The notes under the pieces were generated by a model, which had not been told where the DNA came from, did not search any database, and worked only from the letters and a program-made list of their open reading frames with translations. A stretch of 59,702 nt of DNA, counting the filler. It is 5 parts of 5 records of this genome, joined end to end, with 100 filler letters (N's around TTAATTAATTAA, not from the genome) between each part and the next. Parts side by side here need not be neighbours in the genome. Positions count along the whole stretch, not along the records: positions 52,205 to 59,702 come from SRR31147125_1729; 4 more parts are not named here. One strand, 5' to 3'. Made by a program: the position numbers and the translations under genes. Shown in pieces: positions 53,178-59,702 of this stretch; the first letter of the stretch is position 1, and every line of letters starts with the position of its first letter.

Positions 53178-54083
53178 CTATCCTTTTACAGCTCCGGCAT
53201 TCAAGCCGCCTATTATCTGTCTTGAGAATACTACAAATACTACTAATATTGGTACTATACTAAGCAGTGCCGCTGCATAAGTTGCTCCTAGCCCACTCTT
53301 AACCGATACTGATTGTAGATTTACAACACCATCGATATATCTGATCATTACAGGTAATGTAAACTTTTCTGTTTTGTTTAATATCAATAGTGGAGTCAGG
53401 TAGTTATTCCAGTTATAGATAAATGTAAATATTCCCATAGTTGCCATAGCTGGTGTTAATACAGGCATGATTATTCTATGAAAGATCATAAACTCTCCTG
53501 CTCCGTCCACTCTGGCACTCTCTATCATCTCATAGCTAATTACCTGATCACAGTATTGTCTTAGGAAAAACACCGTTCCAGAGGAAGCTATCCCTGGTAA
53601 AATCAGAGGAATATAGCTGTTTAGAAGTCCCATTCCCTTTACCATATCATAAAAACCTATGAAAGTCAGCTGACCAGGGATCATTATAGTTGCAAGTACA
53701 AAATAGAACATATATTTATCATATTTGAAGTTATAAACTGAAAAACCATATGCTACCATAGTTGAAAAATAGATTGATAAAGCTGTTGCACTTGTGGCTA
53801 CAAACATTGAGTTCCATAAACCTTTGTATAGCGGAGCTAGCCTATTGGCTGCCTGTAAATTCTCTATTAAATGCCCCGATGGTAACAAAGATACTCCTCT
53901 TATTATCTCTGCATTTGTCCTTCCTGCATTTGCAAGTGTTAGAACGAAAGGGATCAAAGTAATCACTGTTAAAAATACAAAAGTAATATATATAATTACC
54001 TGCTCTTTTTTTAATTTTTTTCTTCCTTTTCCCTTGCTACTATCAAATATTTTTTTACTACTGATCTCTACAGAGCTATCCAT
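53178..54083 (-). CDS. Carbohydrate ABC transporter permease (MalG-like)
   Basis: EAA loop EMIESARVDGAGEF; FIYNWNNYLTP; GAVKG end. Confidence 0.92.
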   Translation of the reverse strand: MDSSVEISSKKIFDSSKGKGRKKLKKEQVIIYITFVFLTVITLIPFVLTLANAGRTNAEIIRGVSLLPSGHLIENLQAANRLAPLYKGLWNSMFVATSATALSIYFSTMVAYGFSVYNFKYDKYMFYFVLATIMIPGQLTFIGFYDMVKGMGLLNSYIPLILPGIASSGTVFFLRQYCDQVISYEMIESARVDGAGEFMIFHRIIMPVLTPAMATMGIFTFIYNWNNYLTPLLILNKTEKFTLPVMIRYIDGVVNLQSVSVKSGLGATYAAALLSIVPILVVFVVFSRQIIGGLNAGAVKG

Positions 54084-54985
54084 TACAATGTTTCTCCTTT
54101 CTTATTCATTAGGTACATCATAAGTGAAGATAGAAGCAGAATAATAATAAAGAATATAATCGATATTCCAGCTGCATATCCTATGTTACCTATTTCAAAA
54201 CCATGTCTGTAAATATACATTGCTATTGTTCTGGCTACACCATCAGGCCCTCCATCTGTTCCCTTTGATATCATGAACTGCAAATCAAAGGCCTGTAATC
54301 CCCAGATTAAACCTGTCATCCACATATATGTGAGTATAGGCCAGATTAGGGGAATAGTTATGTTGGTAAATGTCTGCCAAAAGTTCGCACCGTCTATTTT
54401 TGCCGCTTCATAGAGTTCATTTGGTATACTTGTCATTCCTGCACCTGCAACTATTGTTGTACTACCAAAGCCCATCCACCAAACTATGAATACGATCAAT
54501 ATAAAAAGCACTAACTTCATCGAGGTAAAAAGCAGCGGCTGCTCAATCAAATTCATCTTAAGCAAGATCTGGTTTACACTACCATCTGGATATCCCATGA
54601 ACAGTGAAAATACAGTTGCTACCACTGATGTTGATACTAAACATGGTAGGTAAAAAGAGCTCTTGAAGAAATGAGCCCCTTTAAATTTAAAATAAGTAAA
54701 CATCGCAGCAAGCGTCAGCGCTGTCACCTGAACTAAAATATTTCCCACGAACCAATATTTTATTGCTACTAGCATACCTTTCCACACATTTACATCATAA
54801 AATGCCCTTATCAAATACTTCATACCTACAAATTGATCTGTTCTAATGTTCATATCATATTTAAAGAAACCTAATTTAAATGTTGTTATTACAGGATATA
54901 AACCAAATATCAAATAAGCTATGAAAAAAGGTGCTGTGAAATAATAGCCATAATGTTGTTTTGAAATTTTATTTTTTCTAAACAT
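54083..54985 (-). CDS. Carbohydrate ABC transporter permease (MalF-like)
   Basis: IPNELYEAAKIDGANFWQTF; GYAAGIS; SD GAGGG before ATG 54985. Confidence 0.92.
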   Translation of the reverse strand: MFRKNKISKQHYGYYFTAPFFIAYLIFGLYPVITTFKLGFFKYDMNIRTDQFVGMKYLIRAFYDVNVWKGMLVAIKYWFVGNILVQVTALTLAAMFTYFKFKGAHFFKSSFYLPCLVSTSVVATVFSLFMGYPDGSVNQILLKMNLIEQPLLFTSMKLVLFILIVFIVWWMGFGSTTIVAGAGMTSIPNELYEAAKIDGANFWQTFTNITIPLIWPILTYMWMTGLIWGLQAFDLQFMISKGTDGGPDGVARTIAMYIYRHGFEIGNIGYAAGISIIFFIIILLLSSLMMYLMNKKGETL

Positions 54986-55002
54986 AAACTTACCCTCTTT
55001 CA

Positions 55003-56268
55003 TTATTCAACAATAATTTTTAGATCTGGATACAATGATTTTAGCTCCTCTTGAATTTTTGCTACAGCTTCATTTACGTCAGATATTGTTTTATCTGTTG
55101 TCAATCCATCAGTTATATCTTCAATCGTTTTAGATATCCCCGAATCATACTGAGTTGCAGGGATAACTGTATCTATACTTGCTGAGATTTCAGCAAATTT
55201 TTTAACAGTGTTTTGATCTGAGAAATAAGGGTTTCCAGCAACATTACTGTTATTTAAGTATGTGTCCATAATCTTAGAATTTGCAATCATTCCGAAACCT
55301 TCCATGTTCTCAACTAACCACGACTCATTTAAGAAAGTCTTTGCAAAGAAATCCCATACAAGATCTTTATCAGCTGTATTTGATACTGCCATAAATGTTC
55401 CACCTGTTACCCATTTGAATGGAGGGTTCGCGATTGCCCATTTATTTGGTTGATCCCACTCTTTGAACTCTTGTACAGCCCAAGCAGGTTCAAGTGCAGA
55501 GAAGAATTTATCAGTTTTTGCTCCATTTAAAATAGCTGTTTTTTCATAAATAGGTACGTAGAAATAATTCATATCATATAAAGTTTTTACATTTTTCAAT
55601 GATTTTTTCAGTTCATTTGAGATTACATACGCACCTTCATCATTTAACTGATATCCACCATTTAGCGTTAATTGAATCTGAGCTAATGAATTTCTAGTCA
55701 TAAATTTAACATCTTTATGTTCTTTAGTAAATTTAGTCATTAACTTAATAAAATCTTCCTCTGTTGCTATTAACTTTTCCATCTCTTCAGGTGAATTAAT
55801 TCCTAACATCTCTTTTGCCATATCTGATCTGTAGAAGAATGCTCCTGATGTATTTTCCCATCCAACAGCCTTAACTATTCCGTTTACACTGGCCTGTCCA
55901 AGTACACCATTATCTGTATTTTTTAGGTATGTTTGCATCTCTGGCTTGTCTTTCCACTCTTCTGATATTGTTAAAAACGCATCAGTAGGTAAATATTGCC
56001 CCATGAATGATCTTTCCAATAAAACGATATCTGGTGCATCTTTAGTCCCTACTACTGTGTTAAGTTTTGTCTTATAATCTGCCCATGCAATTGTTTGGTA
56101 TTCAACCTCTTTACCTGTCTCTTTTGCCCAATTATCAAGTGCCTTTTTAGGCATTCCCTCAAAGAATCCCCATATAACCAGTTTCCCATCACCAGATTTT
56201 GCTCCCTCTTTTGATCCACAAGCTGATAATAATAGAACCAATGACAATAACAAAATAATTTTTTTCAT
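55003..56268 (-). CDS. Carbohydrate ABC transporter substrate-binding lipoprotein
   Basis: Lipobox LLLSAC; KLVIWG; APDIV; FFYRSDM; GGTFMAV. Confidence 0.9.
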   Translation of the reverse strand: MKKIILLLSLVLLLSACGSKEGAKSGDGKLVIWGFFEGMPKKALDNWAKETGKEVEYQTIAWADYKTKLNTVVGTKDAPDIVLLERSFMGQYLPTDAFLTISEEWKDKPEMQTYLKNTDNGVLGQASVNGIVKAVGWENTSGAFFYRSDMAKEMLGINSPEEMEKLIATEEDFIKLMTKFTKEHKDVKFMTRNSLAQIQLTLNGGYQLNDEGAYVISNELKKSLKNVKTLYDMNYFYVPIYEKTAILNGAKTDKFFSALEPAWAVQEFKEWDQPNKWAIANPPFKWVTGGTFMAVSNTADKDLVWDFFAKTFLNESWLVENMEGFGMIANSKIMDTYLNNSNVAGNPYFSDQNTVKKFAEISASIDTVIPATQYDSGISKTIEDITDGLTTDKTISDVNEAVAKIQEELKSLYPDLKIIVE

Positions 56269-56390
56269 CTGCGCCCTCCTTATTTTATTTATATGCTCTC
56301 AGAAATTCCTGAACATTTTATGTTTGTTTATTTTCTCCATACAGATTCCACCCGGCTTATTAAAGTGAGTTCATTAACATCTCCGTAATA

Positions 56391-56458
56391 TAGCTGACTG
56401 AAATTATCTCTCACTACATGTTTGTAACTATTTAGCAAAATCTATTTTCAGTCAGCTA
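56391..56458. repeat. 13-bp perfect inverted repeat flanking 42 nt
   Basis: TAGCTGACTGAAA (56391-56403) and TTTCAGTCAGCTA (56446-56458), just downstream of the ROK stop codon. Confidence 0.7.
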
Positions 56459-56467
56459 AACCCTTTT

Positions 56468-57343
56468 CTATGATATAAAAAAGTTATACATTGCTCCAAT
56501 TAGATTAGAATCATTATTAAATTTACATCTCTTTACTTCAGGTCTCATTGTGATTAACGGTGAATCAGCTATAAGTTTATCTAAACTTTTCTCTATGTTA
56601 CCTAACATCTCTTCTCTTTCACTTATCGCACCGCCAAAAATAATTTTTTCAGGATCATAAACATGTTGAATAATCAGTAATCCTTTTGCAATATCTAGAT
56701 ACCACTGCTCTATCTCTTTTACTATTTGAGGATGTTTCTCCTCAGTTCCAAGTCTGAATAACTCTTTTCCGTTAAGGTTCATCTTCAACTTTTCAGATAC
56801 TCTGTTTGCGAAATTCACTGTTGAAACTTCCCCCCACATTCCCAAGCTTCCATCTTCTTTTGGGTAGTACATTATTCCAAACTCACCAGCCTGTAGATTT
56901 TTCCCTTTATGAAGTTTTCTGTCTTTGATTATTGCACCTCCGACACCACTTCCCATTACAATGAAAACAAGGTCCTGATTCTCCATAGCTTCTCCTAGCC
57001 AAACCTCTGCAAGTGCTGCACAGTTAGCATCATTTTCCATTGTAACTTTCATATTTAATCTTTCCTGTAGATCAGTTTTGATATTTGGTCCATGAATATA
57101 AGGAATAGCACTAACACCACCTATTGTTCCTTTTTCACTGTTTACAGCTCCAGGACATGAAAGAGCTACTCCCCATAACTGCAAGTTAATACTATCAACT
57201 GTTTTCTCTATTAAATCATATAAACCCTCTATGCTCTCTTTTGGAGTTTCAAAACTCCCTTTTTTTACTATTTCGCCACTCTCTTTTAGTACTGCAAATT
57301 TAACTGACGTTCCTCCGATGTCAAAAGCCAAATAGTTTTTCAT
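56468..57343 (-). CDS. ROK family sugar kinase
   Basis: AFDIGGTSVK; ENDANCAALAE; GSGVGGA; AGEFG; SNLIGA. Confidence 0.92.
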   Translation of the reverse strand: MKNYLAFDIGGTSVKFAVLKESGEIVKKGSFETPKESIEGLYDLIEKTVDSINLQLWGVALSCPGAVNSEKGTIGGVSAIPYIHGPNIKTDLQERLNMKVTMENDANCAALAEVWLGEAMENQDLVFIVMGSGVGGAIIKDRKLHKGKNLQAGEFGIMYYPKEDGSLGMWGEVSTVNFANRVSEKLKMNLNGKELFRLGTEEKHPQIVKEIEQWYLDIAKGLLIIQHVYDPEKIIFGGAISEREEMLGNIEKSLDKLIADSPLITMRPEVKRCKFNNDSNLIGAMYNFFIS

Positions 57344-58302
57344 TATTTATCACCGATAACATCCATTATTACTCTATCCATATATCCCGGCATCCATTCA
57401 TGACCATGTTGCGGGTATATTACTATCTCTTTTGTTCCTGCAAATTTGTTATAAAATGCAAACTGAGATGATGGTGCACACACTTCATCCATAAGACCTG
57501 TGAACATCAAGAGTTCACACTCCATCTCCTCTGCAAAGTTCTGTAAATCTATGTATGACAAAGTATTAAAAAATTCCTCTTCTCTTTCATGTAGTGGATC
57601 ATTAAATTTGAAATATCTGTTTATCTCCTCATATGCTCCCATTTGAAAAGGTATATCAAACACTCTTTTGTAATCACAAAGGAAAGGGTAAACTGCATAC
57701 ACTTTTTTTATCTCTTTATTTAGTGCTGCACACGCGATAGATAGTGCTCCTCCCTGTGATGCTCCAAATGTGTAGAGCTTATCTTGATTTACATTTCCAA
57801 AGCTTTTTACAAGTTCCACAAGATAAACTGTATCCATGAATATCTTCTTAAATGCCAGATTGTCAGGCCCCTCCTCGATACCTTTCATAATATGACCAGT
57901 TAAGGTATTGCCTTTTGTTTGCAGATTATCTTGGGATCTTCCTCCCTGTCCTCTGCTGTCCATAGCAAAGATGTTAAAGCCCGTTTTAGCCATCGATGCT
58001 TTATCAAACCAATCACCACTACTACAGTGATATCCATGAAAATTGATAAATGTTTCATATACTCCCTCCTCAGAAGGTCTAGCATATTTACAATATATTT
58101 CAGCTCCGTCTTCTCCTATAAATGTTAAATCATAACACTCAACACCTTTTATTTGAAACTTTGCTTTTTTCAATTTATATTCAGGGATTTTCCCCTTTAC
58201 TTCCTTTACTCTCTTTGCCCAAAACTCATTAAAATCCTCTGCTTTGGGGCTACACCCCATATATTCTTTGAGCTCTTTTAAGGGTATATCTATATTTGGC
58301 AT
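57343..58302 (-). CDS. Acetylxylan esterase / cephalosporin-C deacetylase (CE7)
   Basis: FHGY; DSRGQGG (CE7 RGQ motif); nucleophile GASQGG; DEVCAPS; HGHE. Confidence 0.92.
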   Translation of the reverse strand: MPNIDIPLKELKEYMGCSPKAEDFNEFWAKRVKEVKGKIPEYKLKKAKFQIKGVECYDLTFIGEDGAEIYCKYARPSEEGVYETFINFHGYHCSSGDWFDKASMAKTGFNIFAMDSRGQGGRSQDNLQTKGNTLTGHIMKGIEEGPDNLAFKKIFMDTVYLVELVKSFGNVNQDKLYTFGASQGGALSIACAALNKEIKKVYAVYPFLCDYKRVFDIPFQMGAYEEINRYFKFNDPLHEREEEFFNTLSYIDLQNFAEEMECELLMFTGLMDEVCAPSSQFAFYNKFAGTKEIVIYPQHGHEWMPGYMDRVIMDVIGDK

Positions 58303-58339
58303 ATCTTTTCCTCACTCTCATTTTAAATTTATCGCGTAC

Positions 58340-58359
58340 GGATGTTATTTATAACATCC
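58340..58359. repeat. Intergenic palindrome (9-bp arms)
   Basis: GGATGTTAT-TT-ATAACATCC between the permease stop and the esterase start. Confidence 0.5.
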
Positions 58360-58372
58360 CAGCTCAATTTCC

Positions 58373-59209
58373 TTACTTAACTCCGCCACCTGCAAAACCT
58401 GCATATATCTGCTTCTGAAGGAATGCGAAGGCTATTAGTGTAGGCAATAAAACTATAACTACTCCTGCACTTATTACTTCCCATGCACTTCCAAAAGGCC
58501 CTTTAAAAGCAAATAGACTTGTTGAGATTACCTTTAACCTCGGATTCGGAGCATAAAGGAAAGGTAGGTAGAAATCATTATAAATCCCTATTCCTTTAAG
58601 GATAATATTGGTTGCAATTGCCGGTTTTAGCAAGGGCAGTATTATTCTCCAGTATATAGTCCAATATCCAGCTCCATCTATCATTGCAGCTTCATCCAGT
58701 GATTTCGGTACATTTTGCAGGAACTGATAATAGATATATACACTTAGTGCATCTGTTCCCGAATAAAGAAGGATCAGTGCCGTTCTGGTATTAAAAAGTC
58801 CAATTGCATTTATTATCCTAAAGGTCGCTACTTGCGCTGTTACCATAGGAACTATTGAAACAAACAGATACATCCCCATTATCACTTTTCTACCTCTAAA
58901 CTCAAATCTATGAAGAGCGTATGCAAGTGTTGTTCCTAGAAATACCGAACCTGCCATAGAGATAAATAAAACTATAGCTGTATTACCAAATGCAAGCCCC
59001 ATGTGACCTCTACTAAAAGCTGTTACAAAGTTAGAAAAGTTAAACCAATTATTCGGAATCGCTAGTGGTGATGTTGCTGCAAACTCTGCCTTAGTTTTAA
59101 ATGACGAAAATACTATAACCATTATTGGTACCAGCGAAAAGATGGATATTGCTATTAAGCTAAGATATTTTAGTGTTGAGGTTATTACTTTCTCAGGTGA
59201 TAATTTCAT
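58373..59209 (-). CDS. Carbohydrate ABC transporter permease (MalG-like)
   Basis: VPKSLDEAAMIDGAG; IILPLLKPA; YNDFYLP. Confidence 0.92.
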   Translation of the reverse strand: MKLSPEKVITSTLKYLSLIAISIFSLVPIMVIVFSSFKTKAEFAATSPLAIPNNWFNFSNFVTAFSRGHMGLAFGNTAIVLFISMAGSVFLGTTLAYALHRFEFRGRKVIMGMYLFVSIVPMVTAQVATFRIINAIGLFNTRTALILLYSGTDALSVYIYYQFLQNVPKSLDEAAMIDGAGYWTIYWRIILPLLKPAIATNIILKGIGIYNDFYLPFLYAPNPRLKVISTSLFAFKGPFGSAWEVISAGVVIVLLPTLIAFAFLQKQIYAGFAGGGVK

Positions 59210-59211
59210 AG

Positions 59212-59702
59212 CTACTCTCCCTTCGCTTTTTTATATAATGAACCTAAGCCTGTTATTATTATTACAAGAACTGTTACTATAACTGCCATTGCAGATGCAA
59301 GACCTACTTTTGAATATTTAAAGGCCTGATTAACAGTTTTAATTAGGAACGTCATACTTCCATTAGCTCCACCTGTCATGATATAAGGTATCTCAAATAC
59401 CGATATTACACCACTTACTAACATAATCAAATTTACGTTAAACAGTAGCGAGATATTTGGAAATATAATATACCTAAACTTTTGCCAACCATTTACTCCG
59501 TCTATCTCTGCTGCCTCATATATCTCTGTGGGTATCGCTTGTATTGCACCAAAGAACATAATGAAGGTTAAACCTGTATATTTCCATATTGATGCAAGTG
59601 CCAGACTCCAGTTAATTACTGATGGATCTCCCAGCCATTTGATACCAGGTTTTATTCCAAATATTGCAAGCGATGTATCAAGTGTTCCGCCAGGTCTAAA
59701 AA
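59212..59702 (-). CDS. Carbohydrate ABC transporter permease (MalF-like), C-terminal part (starts beyond the window)
   Basis: KWLGDP...WKYTGLTFIMFFGAIQAIPTEIYEAAEIDG...MTGGANGS...VGLASAMA. Confidence 0.9.
   Translation of the reverse strand, partial: FRPGGTLDTSLAIFGIKPGIKWLGDPSVINWSLALASIWKYTGLTFIMFFGAIQAIPTEIYEAAEIDGVNGWQKFRYIIFPNISLLFNVNLIMLVSGVISVFEIPYIMTGGANGSMTFLIKTVNQAFKYSKVGLASAMAVIVTVLVIIITGLGSLYKKAKGE

Overview
This window is not one locus. It holds five unrelated contigs joined by 100-bp linkers (44 N + TTAATTAATTAA + 44 N) at 9297-9396, 28951-29050, 39522-39621 and 52105-52204. About a dozen genes are split by single-base indels, mostly in homopolymer runs, which points to sequencing error rather than gene decay. 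Contig 1 (1-9296, Bacteroidota-like) is the edge of a polysaccharide-utilisation locus: SusC, RhuM, a LamG/SARP-like membrane regulator, a sulfatase and a hybrid two-component sensor. Contig 2 (9397-28950, Gram-negative, lineage uncertain) carries housekeeping and signalling genes: M64 peptidase, ECF ATPase, yjbQ, a PfkB kinase, argS, rsfS, a GT9 heptosyltransferase, apbE, a polyprenyl synthase, two histidine kinases, a DHH phosphoesterase and an S55 peptidase/beta-propeller pair. Contig 3 (29051-39521, very AT-rich) is a type I restriction-modification operon with cargo: DinD, an unannotated KTSC gene, a membrane protein and an M48/YgjP protein. Contig 4 (39622-52104, Desulfuromonadales-like) has glnB-glnA under a sigma-54/NtrC promoter, rlmD, lysA, Lrp, a cation:Ca antiporter, a cluster of small genes and a citrate-lyase-type operon. 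Contig 5 (52205-59702, AT-rich) has two sugar ABC modules, two ROK proteins and a CE7 esterase. The strongest new signal is in contig 4: an unannotated 65-aa two-helix membrane protein (46863-47060, minus) with an in-frame TGA in a Cx4U motif followed directly by a SECIS-like hairpin. A second possible C-terminal selenocysteine lies about 1 kb away in a SEC-C protein. The KTSC and membrane-protein cargo between hsdS and hsdR is a candidate defence module.
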